Notes: a model not told the origin generated them from the sequence alone. Positions 50,984 to 60,579 are shown, numbered from the stretch's first letter. The stretch is 64,000 bases of DNA from Persephonella sp. (GCF_027023985.1 NZ_JALVTW010000035.1:1374-65373); one strand, 5' to 3'. Numbers and translations: made by a program.

Positions 50984-51757
50984 ATGAAATTTTTATGTAT
51001 TGGCGATGTTATAGGAAGAACAGGGAGGAACGCATTAAAACGCTTCCTCCCTGAAATTAAAGAAAAATATAAACCGGATTTTGTAGTTTTAAATGGAGAA
51101 AATGCAGCAGGTGGTTTTGGTTTAACAAAAAAGGTTTATGATGAACTTCTGTCTATGGGAATTGACGTAATAACCTCAGGAAATCATATCTTTGATAAAA
51201 AGGAGATTACCCAGTTTATTGACCAGGAAGAAAAACTTCTTAGACCTGCAAACTATCCCCCCCAAGCCCTTGGCAGAGGATACGGCATTTATGAAAAAAA
51301 CGGCAAAAAAATAGCTGTTATTAATTTGATGGGAAGGGTTTTTATGGGAATTCCATTAGACTGTCCATTTAGAAAATTTGATGAAATTTATGAAAAAATC
51401 AAAGATGAAGCTGACTATATAATCGTGGATTTCCATGCAGAAGCAACTTCAGAAAAGACAGCCTTTGGATATTATGTTGATGGGAGAGCCGATATTGTTT
51501 TTGGCACCCATTCCCATGTGGCAACTGCTGATGAAATGATACTACCAAAGGGAACAGCCTATATTACAGACGTAGGCCTTACGGGACCCAAATACTCTGT
51601 AATAGGGATGAAAATTGAAGAACCAATCCAGAAATTTACAACAGGAATGCCTGTTAAATATGATGTAGCAAAAGGTCCATTGTTATTTCAGGCATTATTT
51701 GTTAAAAAAACAGAAGAAAAAACCGAAATTATAAGACTAAAGCTTGAAGAGGAGTGA
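50984..51757 (+). CDS. ymdB: YmdB-family metallophosphoesterase
   Basis: GDVIG, NGENAAGG, TSGNH, DFHAEATSEK, GTHSH, TDVG. Confidence 0.93.
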   Translation: MKFLCIGDVIGRTGRNALKRFLPEIKEKYKPDFVVLNGENAAGGFGLTKKVYDELLSMGIDVITSGNHIFDKKEITQFIDQEEKLLRPANYPPQALGRGYGIYEKNGKKIAVINLMGRVFMGIPLDCPFRKFDEIYEKIKDEADYIIVDFHAEATSEKTAFGYYVDGRADIVFGTHSHVATADEMILPKGTAYITDVGLTGPKYSVIGMKIEEPIQKFTTGMPVKYDVAKGPLLFQALFVKKTEEKTEIIRLKLEEE

Positions 51758-51763
51758 AAAAAT

Positions 51764-52930
51764 ATGGCTTTCTCCGGAGAGTTCTACCTTACCAAAGTTC
51801 CTATACTGGATAAACACAAAAAAATTTTTGGATATTTTTTGTCTATAAAAGATTATGAAGATAAGCCTGTATCGGTAAAAGAATTAGCAGATATCCTGGT
51901 TCATACAGACCTGAAAAAACTCTCCGGAAACTATCCTGTGTTTTTGAAAGTTGAACCTGAAATACTTACCCATGACATCCTTGATTATCTTCCTGCTGAC
52001 CAGATTATATTTTTACTTGATACTTTTTCCCTGAGTGATGAGCTAATCGCAATTATCAAAGAGTTAAAAAAAGAGTTTTTTAGATTTTCCTTTGTTTATG
52101 ATTCGGATTTTGAAAAAGTTAAAGACCTCGCTGACTATATATTCGTAAATATTGATGATATAGATTCACAGATATATATGCTAAAAGACAAAGCTATAAT
52201 CACAGAAATATATACCATGGAAGAATTCAATGACCTTGTTAATGAAGGATTTAAGTATTTTAAAGGGGATTTTATATTTAAACCTGCCACTATTGTTGAA
52301 AAAAAGATAAATCCATCAAAACTTGCTGTAATGGAACTTTTTACAAAGGTAAGGGAGAATTTCAATCCTAAAGAGATTGAGGAGTTAATAAAGAGAAATC
52401 CTGATTTGAGTATAAGTCTTTTAAGATACGTTAATTCGGCAGCTTTCAGTTTTCGTAGTAAGATTACTTCTATCAGGCATGCTATATCAATACTGGGTCA
52501 GAGAAATCTGCTCCAGTGGTTATTGTTATTTTTATACAGGACAGGAGAAAGTGAGCCTTTTGCAGAAACATTACTTGAAGTTTCTGCAGAAAGGGGAAAA
52601 ACAATGGAAATTTTAGCCCAACAAATAGGTCTTCCTGATGAAGAAACAGAAAAAGCCTTTCTGGTTGGAATCCTATCCCTTGTTGATAAATTACTCGGAG
52701 TATCCCCTGAAAAATTAGGTAAAGAATTAAATCTTGATGAAGAAATTGTAAACGCCATCTCCCAAAAAGAAGGTATATTAGGAGAACTTTTATTTATAGT
52801 TGAAAAAACAGAAGAAGGGAAAATAGGAGAGGCCTCAGATATTATTGAAAAATTAGGCCTCCACCTTAATGATGTTATGTCTGCCCAGTTAAAAGCATTC
52901 GCCTGGTTTGAAGAAATAAATCTTGTTTAA
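51764..52930 (+). CDS. Degenerate-EAL plus HDOD domain protein (YuxH-like)
   Basis: N-terminal EAL-like fold without the ExL motif; HDOD LLRYVNSA...SIRHAISILG. Confidence 0.82.
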   Translation: MAFSGEFYLTKVPILDKHKKIFGYFLSIKDYEDKPVSVKELADILVHTDLKKLSGNYPVFLKVEPEILTHDILDYLPADQIIFLLDTFSLSDELIAIIKELKKEFFRFSFVYDSDFEKVKDLADYIFVNIDDIDSQIYMLKDKAIITEIYTMEEFNDLVNEGFKYFKGDFIFKPATIVEKKINPSKLAVMELFTKVRENFNPKEIEELIKRNPDLSISLLRYVNSAAFSFRSKITSIRHAISILGQRNLLQWLLLFLYRTGESEPFAETLLEVSAERGKTMEILAQQIGLPDEETEKAFLVGILSLVDKLLGVSPEKLGKELNLDEEIVNAISQKEGILGELLFIVEKTEEGKIGEASDIIEKLGLHLNDVMSAQLKAFAWFEEINLV

Positions 52931-55900
52931 ACTGCAAAATAGGTTGCCTCTGGGTGATAGACCACTATAGCATCTGTTGATTGTTCTGGCACTATCAGGT
53001 AGTTTTCTGTCAGGGATATTCCCAGCTCTTCAGGTTTCAGGAGTTCAAATATCTTTTCGTTCAAGCTAAGGTCTGGGCATGCCGGATAACCGGGAGAATA
53101 TCTTGCTCCCTGATAGTTCCTAATCTGCCAGTTTACGTCTTCAAGGCTTTCTCCTTCATTTTTTGCTATTCCAAGCTCTATTCTAATCTGTTTATGGACT
53201 ATCTCTGCAAGTGCTTCTGCAAGTTCTACACCAAGACCATGTATAAGATGGTATTCCTTGTATTTTCCTTCTTTGAAAAGCTGGTTTTCATACTCAGATA
53301 GCTTATCCCCTGCAGAAACTACTGTAAAAGCCACAACATCATGTCTGTCATTGTGGAAATAATCTGCAAGACATCTGTAAGGTGGTTTTGTTGAACGGGG
53401 GAAGTTCATAACAAGCTCTGCTGTGCCTATTATATTCTCAAGGGGTTCCCTATTTGCATCTTCGTCTCTTTTCCAGCCTTCTGTTTCAGGGAATATAATA
53501 AGGGAACATTCTCTATTTTCTTCATTTTCCTCAGGAAAATCAGACCTACAAGGCCAGTATCCATATATAATTTTTGGCTGGAACAGGTCTTCTTCTATTA
53601 GTAGTTTTTTTAGTCTTTCAAATGCTGGGAGTATTTCTTCTTTTTTCAGCCTTTCATACTCTTCTTTTGTTTTTCCAGACCTTGTGTATCCCCATGCTCT
53701 TTTGAATAGCCCGCCTTTATTTATCCATTTAAAAGCAAGTTCCTGTATATACCTGTAAAGTTTTTTATCTTCCATCTCAGGATAAATCCATATCTTTCTT
53801 CCCCAGAATGGAGGAACAGGGACAGGAACGCTTCTGTCTGGCATTTTAATCTGGCTAATAGGAGGTATTTGGACTTCTTCTTTAGGTTCTTTTAGTTTTT
53901 CTTCTATCTCTTCTTCCTCTTTGTCATATCCCAGATCTGTATCAAGGGGAGATACACCGTCCCATTTTTCAATCCTTGTCATTGCCTCTATTCCATCAAA
54001 GGCATCCCTGCAGTAAAAAATTGGACCATCATAGATAGGTCTGCAATATTCATCAACAAAGGCTTTATTTAGGGCAGCTCCACCAAGGAGAACTGGGACT
54101 TTAAGTCCTCTTTTTTGCATCTCTTCAAGGTTATTTTTCATCTCAAGGGTTGATTTTACAAGGAGGCCGCTCATTCCTATGGCATCAGCGTTATGCTCCT
54201 TATAAGCCTTTAGGAATTCTTCAAGCTCAACTTTTATCCCAATATTCACAACCTTAAATCCGTTGTTAGTCAGAATAATATCCACAAGATTTTTCCCAAC
54301 ATCATGAACATCCCCCTTGACTGTTCCAAGGATAAGGGTTGTTTGTTTGTCCTTTTTCTTTTTAGGTAGATACTGGTTTAGATAATCAACGGCAGCTTTC
54401 ATAGCCTCTGCAGACTGGAGAACAAAAGGAAGTTGCATTTTCCCTTCACCAAATAGGTCTCCTACAACTTTCATCGCATCAATCAGAATTTCATTAATGA
54501 TTTTTTCAGGGGGTATTGTATGCCTTGCCTCCTCAACAGCCTGTATTAGCTTTTCCTTTTCTCCGTCTATAAGAAGTTTCTTAATTCTTTCTTCAATAGG
54601 TAGTTTTTTAAGCTCATCTTCTTCCGCTTTTAAGTCTCTATCTTTTGCATTTGAAAAATGCTGTATAAATTTAAACAGTGGGTCTTCCCCATTTTCCCAT
54701 CTATTGAAAAGCAGGTTTTCACATACCTTTCTGTCTTCCTCTGATATTTTGTGATAAGGGATAAGATGTTTTGGGTTTACTATTGCCATTGTAAGACCGG
54801 CCTGAACACAGTGGTGTAAGAAAACAGAGTTTAGATATTTCCTTGCTGTCATATCCAGACCAAAGGAAACGTTTGATATACCAAGAACAAATCCAACTTC
54901 TGGATGTCTTTTTCTGATTTCCTTAATAGCCTCTATAGTCTGGATAGCTGCATCCCTGTATTCCTCATCTCCAGAACCTACAGTAAAGGTAAGAACATCA
55001 AAAACAAGGTCTTCCGGGTGTAATCCGTGTTTTTCTGTTGCCAGCTTATACATCCTTTCTGCAACTTCAACTTTTCTTTCTTTTGTTTTTGCCATTCCTT
55101 TTTCATCTATGGTAAGAAGAACGACAGCTGCTCCGTATCTTTTTGCCAGCTGGCAAACCTTATTGAACTTTTCTTCTCCATCTTCAAGGTTTGCAGAGTT
55201 TAGGATTGGTCTTCCACCTATCAGCTTAAGGGCGGTTTCAAGTGCAGGTGGCTGTGTGCTGTCAGGCATAAGAGGAATAGGGATTTTTTCATTAAATCTG
55301 CTGATAACCTCTTTCATATCTTTTATTTCATCTCTACCTGCAAAGTTTACAGAAACGTCTAATGCGTGTGCCCCTGCCTTTACCTGCTCCTGTGCTATAG
55401 ACAAAATAGCGTCATAGTCCTCTGCAAGAAGCAGCTCACGGAATTTTTTAGAACCTGTTGCGTTTGTCCTTTCTCCTACTAAAAATGGAGGAGGCTCCTG
55501 TTTTAATGACTGTATGCCATATAGAGAGGCTAATGCCCGTGGCTGTTTCCCTTTTGGTGGCTTTGGTTTTCTTCCTGCCACTTTGTCAGCAAGGGCTTTT
55601 ATATGGGCAGGGGTTGTTCCACAGCATCCACCGACAATAGCAACACCATCTATATCTAAAAATCTGCTTTCTTTTTCTGCGAACTCTTCAGCTCCCATTG
55701 GGTAGTATGTATGTCCACCTCTGTTTTCCGGCAAACCTGCGTTTGAGTGTATAGATATAGGCTTTGGCCAGACTTCAGAAAGCTTTTTTAGATGCTGCTC
55801 TATCTGGTCTGGTCCTGTTCCACAATTAAAACCAAGGGAGAGAATATCAAAAGGTTCCATAATGACAGCAAGGGTCTGGGCATCTGTTCCAATAAGCATT

Positions 55901-56487
55901 GTTCCAGAAAGCTCAATTGTAGCCGAAACCATAACAGGAATATCTCTTCCTTCCTCTTTTGCTGCGTCCTGAACAGCATGTAAAGCAGCCTTTATCTGTA
56001 ATGGGTCTTGAAATGTTTCCAGCAGGAATACATCAACCCCGCCGTGTATAAGGCCTTTTGCTGCTATTTTGTATCCTTCATACATCTCATCGTAATGGAT
56101 ATGTCCAAGTGAAGGCAGTTTTGTTCCAGGTCCCAGAGAACCTGCAACAAATCTTGGTTTTTCCGGAGTTGAGTATTTATCACATACCTGTCTTACAAGC
56201 TGTGCTCCGGCTTTCGCAAGCTCATAGGCTCTGTCTGGTATATCATACTCTTCTAAAACCCAAGGCAAAGCCCCAAATGTATTTGTTTTTATAAGGTCTG
56301 CCCCTGCCTGTGCATACTTTTCATGAATAGAACGGATTATATCAGGGGCTCCAACATTTAAAACCTCATTACAGCCAACCTTTCCCTGCCAGGCATCCAT
56401 AGGAACAATCATAGATTGAATCATTGTTCCCATAGCACCATCTATAACGAGAACCTTTTCTTTAATAAGCTGTCTCAAATCTGCCAT
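52927..56487 (-). CDS. metH: B12-dependent methionine synthase
   Basis: DGAMGT, GGCCGT, GERTNATGS, GDVHDVGKN cobalamin motif, RYSPGYPACP. Confidence 0.98.
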   Translation of the reverse strand: MADLRQLIKEKVLVIDGAMGTMIQSMIVPMDAWQGKVGCNEVLNVGAPDIIRSIHEKYAQAGADLIKTNTFGALPWVLEEYDIPDRAYELAKAGAQLVRQVCDKYSTPEKPRFVAGSLGPGTKLPSLGHIHYDEMYEGYKIAAKGLIHGGVDVFLLETFQDPLQIKAALHAVQDAAKEEGRDIPVMVSATIELSGTMLIGTDAQTLAVIMEPFDILSLGFNCGTGPDQIEQHLKKLSEVWPKPISIHSNAGLPENRGGHTYYPMGAEEFAEKESRFLDIDGVAIVGGCCGTTPAHIKALADKVAGRKPKPPKGKQPRALASLYGIQSLKQEPPPFLVGERTNATGSKKFRELLLAEDYDAILSIAQEQVKAGAHALDVSVNFAGRDEIKDMKEVISRFNEKIPIPLMPDSTQPPALETALKLIGGRPILNSANLEDGEEKFNKVCQLAKRYGAAVVLLTIDEKGMAKTKERKVEVAERMYKLATEKHGLHPEDLVFDVLTFTVGSGDEEYRDAAIQTIEAIKEIRKRHPEVGFVLGISNVSFGLDMTARKYLNSVFLHHCVQAGLTMAIVNPKHLIPYHKISEEDRKVCENLLFNRWENGEDPLFKFIQHFSNAKDRDLKAEEDELKKLPIEERIKKLLIDGEKEKLIQAVEEARHTIPPEKIINEILIDAMKVVGDLFGEGKMQLPFVLQSAEAMKAAVDYLNQYLPKKKKDKQTTLILGTVKGDVHDVGKNLVDIILTNNGFKVVNIGIKVELEEFLKAYKEHNADAIGMSGLLVKSTLEMKNNLEEMQKRGLKVPVLLGGAALNKAFVDEYCRPIYDGPIFYCRDAFDGIEAMTRIEKWDGVSPLDTDLGYDKEEEEIEEKLKEPKEEVQIPPISQIKMPDRSVPVPVPPFWGRKIWIYPEMEDKKLYRYIQELAFKWINKGGLFKRAWGYTRSGKTKEEYERLKKEEILPAFERLKKLLIEEDLFQPKIIYGYWPCRSDFPEENEENRECSLIIFPETEGWKRDEDANREPLENIIGTAELVMNFPRSTKPPYRCLADYFHNDRHDVVAFTVVSAGDKLSEYENQLFKEGKYKEYHLIHGLGVELAEALAEIVHKQIRIELGIAKNEGESLEDVNWQIRNYQGARYSPGYPACPDLSLNEKIFELLKPEELGISLTENYLIVPEQSTDAIVVYHPEATYFAV

Positions 56488-56569
56488 AATCTCTTACCTG
56501 TATAAATTTTTGTGGATTAATAACTTATCAAAATTTATTGCCTTTTCACAGGGTATGATTAATTTAATA

Positions 56570-56599
56570 TTGCAAAAAAATTTAAAGCTAACATATAAT
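56570..56599 (+). promoter_or_regulatory. sigma70 promoter of the speD leader
   Basis: TTGCAA-18 nt-TATAAT. Confidence 0.7.
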
Positions 56600-56643
56600 A
56601 TATTGCTGCAAATTTTATTAAACCTTAAAGGAGGTTTTTTGTC

Positions 56644-56733
56644 ATGGGCAGTTGTAGCCCGACGCGATTTTTAATTGAAAAAACAAAAATGGAGGATAGA
56701 AAATGGAAAAAACCCTCGGACTGCATATCTTAG
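56644..56733 (+). CDS. Putative 29-aa leader uORF overlapping the speD start
   Basis: SD AAGGAGG at 56628-56634; MGSCSPTRFLIEKTKMEDRKWKKPSDCIS*; different frame from speD. Confidence 0.5.
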   Translation: MGSCSPTRFLIEKTKMEDRKWKKPSDCIS

Positions 56734-57104
56734 CTGACCTTTACGGAGTGGAGTTCGACAAAATTGATCATGTCGAAGATGTAAGAGAGCTCCTTGAAGG
56801 AGCAGTCAAGTATGCAGGTCTAAGCAAATTATCTTCCCACTTTCATCAGTTCTATCCACATGGTGCAACAGGTGTAATCCTTCTTGAAGAATCCCATATC
56901 TCAATCCACACATGGCCAGAGCATGGCTATGCTGCGATAGATGTTTATACTTGCGGTGGAAAGGAAAAAACATTCAAAGCAATGGAATATATCTTAAAAG
57001 TTCTCAAGCCTAAGAGAGTTGATGAGAAGGTTGCGGAAAGGGGAGTCGTTCCTGTAAACGAAGCTGCAACCAATATAGAAAAGATAGAACTGGAAACAGT
57101 GTAA
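56703..57104 (+). CDS. speD: S-adenosylmethionine decarboxylase proenzyme (class 1B)
   Basis: GLHILADL, LEESHISIHTWPE (self-cleavage ES), DVYTCG. Confidence 0.95.
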   Translation: MEKTLGLHILADLYGVEFDKIDHVEDVRELLEGAVKYAGLSKLSSHFHQFYPHGATGVILLEESHISIHTWPEHGYAAIDVYTCGGKEKTFKAMEYILKVLKPKRVDEKVAERGVVPVNEAATNIEKIELETV

Positions 57105-57117
57105 TACTGTTTCCTTT
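57092..57117 (+). terminator. Intrinsic terminator overlapping the speD stop
   Basis: GGAAACAGT-GTAAT-ACTGTTTCC followed by TTT. Confidence 0.75.
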
Positions 57118-57194
57118 ATACGTTTTTTGTGATATGAACCATTGTTCTTCCTAAAAGGGATTACTATATTTAAATCTAAAAAGGAGGAAGAACA

Positions 57195-57632
57195 ATGGCA
57201 GAAAAATTTATTCCAGATAATGTTTTACCTGAACTGCAGGATTTAACCCCGTCTGTCCTTGCGACAAGCAAAGATAATAAGCCTTATACGACTTTTATAA
57301 CATGGCTTATTGCCAAAGATAACAGCACGGTAAGATTTGCTCTAAGTAAAGATAGTTTTTCAACAGAAAACTTAAAATCAAACCCTTATGCCAGCATAGA
57401 AGTTTTTGGAGAAGGTTTTGCCCTCAGTATTTCAGGAAATACAAAGCTTATCGTTGATGAAATAGAAGAACTTCCTTTCCCGGTTTCTGTATTTGAACTA
57501 AATGTTGAAAAGGTTGTGGATAATCTATTCCCCGGTACAAGTGTAACAGGTAAAATACCTTTTGAACATACAGGGGATACAGTTCAGGCTAAAGAATTTG
57601 ATAGAATTGTTTTAGAAGAGTTAAAAAAATAA
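57195..57632 (+). CDS. Pyridoxamine-5-phosphate oxidase-like split-barrel protein
   Basis: VLATSKDNKPY, NLKSNPYASI pattern. Confidence 0.75.
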   Translation: MAEKFIPDNVLPELQDLTPSVLATSKDNKPYTTFITWLIAKDNSTVRFALSKDSFSTENLKSNPYASIEVFGEGFALSISGNTKLIVDEIEELPFPVSVFELNVEKVVDNLFPGTSVTGKIPFEHTGDTVQAKEFDRIVLEELKK

Positions 57633-57637
57633 AAGAA

Positions 57638-57657
57638 AAGCCCTGGAAACAGGGCTT
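57638..57657. terminator. Bidirectional intrinsic terminator
   Basis: AAGCCCTG-GAAA-CAGGGCTT between convergent genes. Confidence 0.8.
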
Positions 57658-57666
57658 CGTTTTATA

Positions 57667-58281
57667 TTATAAGCAGGACTTTTTAATCACATCTTCAGGA
57701 ATAGAAACTCTAATAACTCCTCTGAAATCTCCAAGTTTGTATCCAGTTGCTTTATCGTTAGGATAAAGTTCTTTTAATTTTTTTACTACTTTTGGATCCA
57801 TTGATTTTGGATCTCCATGGCATGTAAGACATACACCCTGTATTTTCAATGGCTTGTAATATCTATATTCTCCTTTTAGCTTCTGTATATAGTAAGGAGG
57901 AAGTTTACCTGTTTCTTTATATGTTTTCTCAAAGAATTTAAGTGCTTCAGCTTCATATTTATCAGGTTTGTTTTTAGGATTTCTATATTTAAATGTTGTT
58001 CTTTTTATCTCTATATCTCCAAAATCCTCGGCAACTTCCTGTGTTATTTCCATTGCCTTTTTGGAACAGGTTTCAATAGCTCCTACAGGGCCTTTAGTTT
58101 TAAGGGCTTTTTTCAGCTCAGCCTTTAATTCTTGGAGGAGCATCTGAGCCGCATCTTCACCGAAATCTTTTATTACTTTAATTTTTTTAGGAGACATTTC
58201 CACATTTGTATACTGGGGCTGTCCACACGAAAAAAGTAAACCTGCTGATAATACCGTAGCTGCTACTGTTAATTTTTTCAT
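57667..58281 (-). CDS. DUF3365-type c-type heme lipoprotein
   Basis: Lipobox LFSC; KYRNPKNKPD; single CLTCH; GYKLGDFRGVI. Confidence 0.85.
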   Translation of the reverse strand: MKKLTVAATVLSAGLLFSCGQPQYTNVEMSPKKIKVIKDFGEDAAQMLLQELKAELKKALKTKGPVGAIETCSKKAMEITQEVAEDFGDIEIKRTTFKYRNPKNKPDKYEAEALKFFEKTYKETGKLPPYYIQKLKGEYRYYKPLKIQGVCLTCHGDPKSMDPKVVKKLKELYPNDKATGYKLGDFRGVIRVSIPEDVIKKSCL

Positions 58282-58292
58282 TTTTCTCCTCC

Positions 58293-58937
58293 TTATTGAA
58301 CCAATAAATTTTTTTCTTTGGCTTTCTGCAGATATTCAAAAAGTTCGTAATCCTGAACCTGATGAAAGTCTTGATAATACGCACCAACTGCAAAAAATGG
58401 TGTGTCTACCTTATGATAACATATCACTTCATCAAATATTTCTCTGGCTCTTGATATGCTATCTACAGGACATACAGGAACTGCAAGTATTACTTTTTGA
58501 GCTCCTCTTTCTTTTACAGACTTCCCTGCAGCCATTGCAGTATATCCTGTTGCTATTCCATCATCAACAATGATCACTATTTTTCCTTCAACATCTGGCT
58601 CTTTACCATCTGCATATTTCTCAAGTTTTTTTCTGGCTTCGTTTATGGCTTTTTGTATTGCCTCTTCAATATAAGGATACCCATAAGCATAAGGAGAGAG
58701 TATATATGTCCCATCTGGAGTTGCTGCTCCAATTGCTGCCTCTGGGTTGTCTGGAGGGGTTATTTTTTTGGCAATTATCATCCCAAATGGGATACCCAGC
58801 TTTTCTGCAATTTTATAAGCAACAGGCACTCCACCCCGTGGAATAGCCAAAATAATTGTATTTTCAGGATTATCTATGTAATTTTTCAGTAGATCTGCCA
58901 GTAGTAAGCCCGCTTCCTCTCTATCCTTAAACATCAC
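58293..58937 (-). CDS. Type I phosphoribosyltransferase family protein (second paralogue)
   Basis: FKDREEAG, AIPRGGVP, VDDGIATGYT, FFAVGAYYQDF. Confidence 0.9.
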   Translation of the reverse strand: MMFKDREEAGLLLADLLKNYIDNPENTIILAIPRGGVPVAYKIAEKLGIPFGMIIAKKITPPDNPEAAIGAATPDGTYILSPYAYGYPYIEEAIQKAINEARKKLEKYADGKEPDVEGKIVIIVDDGIATGYTAMAAGKSVKERGAQKVILAVPVCPVDSISRAREIFDEVICYHKVDTPFFAVGAYYQDFHQVQDYELFEYLQKAKEKNLLVQ

Positions 58938-60517
58938 AGATTATCCAGCTCAGATAGTATGTCTTCAACTTTATTGCCTTCTTCTTTTAAAATTTCTTCC
59001 CATTGACCTACTACGTCAATATCATTTCCTTCAATTTTTTCTTCTGCTTTGTCAATTTTTACAAGGAGAGGGATTTTTGTCATATTTCCTATTATTATTG
59101 CTTCTCCAGGGTTTAAACCCGGCAGATAATCCATAAGTTCCTGTGATAAAGCTTCACTGGCTCTCTGGACATGCTTCTGATCTTCCGGTTCTACCAGTTT
59201 AAGAATAATCATATTATTCATCTGGGATAGTATTTCCTTATCCAGACCTTTTGGTCTCTGGGTTACAACGGTTACGCCTAAGCCGAACTTTCTACCTTCC
59301 CTTGCTATCCTTGCAAGATAGTATTTTGCTTCTGTATTCCTTTTTTCTCCTGCAAGTATATGTGCTTCTTCTACTACTATCATTAGCGGGAAAGGTAGTC
59401 TTGAACTTCCCTGCCTAACGGCTTTTTTCCTTTCTTCTAAAGCCCATCTGAGAATATTTGAGGCTATAGCATCTGCCACATCTTCATCTAATTCTGAAAA
59501 ATCAAATACATTTATCATTCCCGGTTTAATATTGTCTATAAGTGGAGGAACACCTAACTTCACTATATGTCCAAGTTCAAGTTCCAGGTCTTCTAACTTA
59601 TTTATAACCTCAAAAAGTGAGTCTTCTCTGATCTTTCCTTTTATGTAGCCTCCTATTTCACTTTCAGGGTCTGCCATATTTTCAAGATTTTCTTTAAGTC
59701 TGTTTAAAAACTGCTGGGTGTCTGTATGGTTTTGCCACTGCTCTCTTTTTTCTTCAAGGAATTTATTTATTGTGTATTCAAGGGCAATTCGGAAATATCT
59801 GAACTGGACATAAGCATTTGGTTTTATTCCTATAAGAGAAGCAAATTCTTTAGGTTTAAGAAGTGCAGGGTTAATAAGAGGCTGTATATGGTTAATTACT
59901 GATTTTCCATTTCTTGTGATTTTAGATTTTGTATACTCACCGTGAAAATCAAAAACAGCAACAGTTCCACCTAAATTTGTTATATTTTTCAAAAGCACTG
60001 AAACTGTATTTGATTTTCCTGCACCTGTTACAGCAAGAACAGCCAGATGTCTGAGGACTATCTGTTCTATATCGACATACACAGGAACTTCTTCTTTTTC
60101 TGAAAGTAGCCTTCCAATTCTTACAAACTTTTTGCTTTTTGCACCAAATATTTTTTTTAAAAGCTCTGGGTTAGCTTCATAGACTTCTGATGCAGGTAAA
60201 GGAGGTGTTCTTGGTATCTGAAGAAAAACCTCATCACCAACATCTATAATTTCACCTAATATCTGGATTTCTCCTTTAAGGATATTCTCCTTTTCTGAGA
60301 ATTTTTTTATGCTTTTGGCCTGCTGTGGTGTTCTTATTGATTCTGATAGATAAGGATTATCTCTCTCTAAACTTTGTATCATTCCAAGGAGAGATTTATC
60401 TTTTCCTTCTTCGTTATATTTCAGGACAACAAACTGACCAATTCTGACAATATCATCAGATAAAAAATTTACTCTGTTAGGTCTGGTAGACCCGACACAT
60501 ATTCCTATTTGTTTCAT
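58934..60517 (-). CDS. herA: HerA-family ATPase (HAS barrel plus DUF87)
   Basis: HAS-barrel N-terminus, AVTGAGKS, DFHGEY, VEEAH, REGRKFG, TQRP. Confidence 0.88.
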   Translation of the reverse strand: MKQIGICVGSTRPNRVNFLSDDIVRIGQFVVLKYNEEGKDKSLLGMIQSLERDNPYLSESIRTPQQAKSIKKFSEKENILKGEIQILGEIIDVGDEVFLQIPRTPPLPASEVYEANPELLKKIFGAKSKKFVRIGRLLSEKEEVPVYVDIEQIVLRHLAVLAVTGAGKSNTVSVLLKNITNLGGTVAVFDFHGEYTKSKITRNGKSVINHIQPLINPALLKPKEFASLIGIKPNAYVQFRYFRIALEYTINKFLEEKREQWQNHTDTQQFLNRLKENLENMADPESEIGGYIKGKIREDSLFEVINKLEDLELELGHIVKLGVPPLIDNIKPGMINVFDFSELDEDVADAIASNILRWALEERKKAVRQGSSRLPFPLMIVVEEAHILAGEKRNTEAKYYLARIAREGRKFGLGVTVVTQRPKGLDKEILSQMNNMIILKLVEPEDQKHVQRASEALSQELMDYLPGLNPGEAIIIGNMTKIPLLVKIDKAEEKIEGNDIDVVGQWEEILKEEGNKVEDILSELDNL

Positions 60518-60579
60518 CCTTCCCGTCCTTATAAAATATTATTTTTCACATTATACAAAAACACAGATAAGAAAACATT

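Noticed and set aside
56644-56705. Programmed frameshift fusing the uORF to speD through the A6 run
   Set aside because: The heptamer is out of phase with the uORF, and the speD frame has a TAG at 56697-56699 upstream of its ATG.
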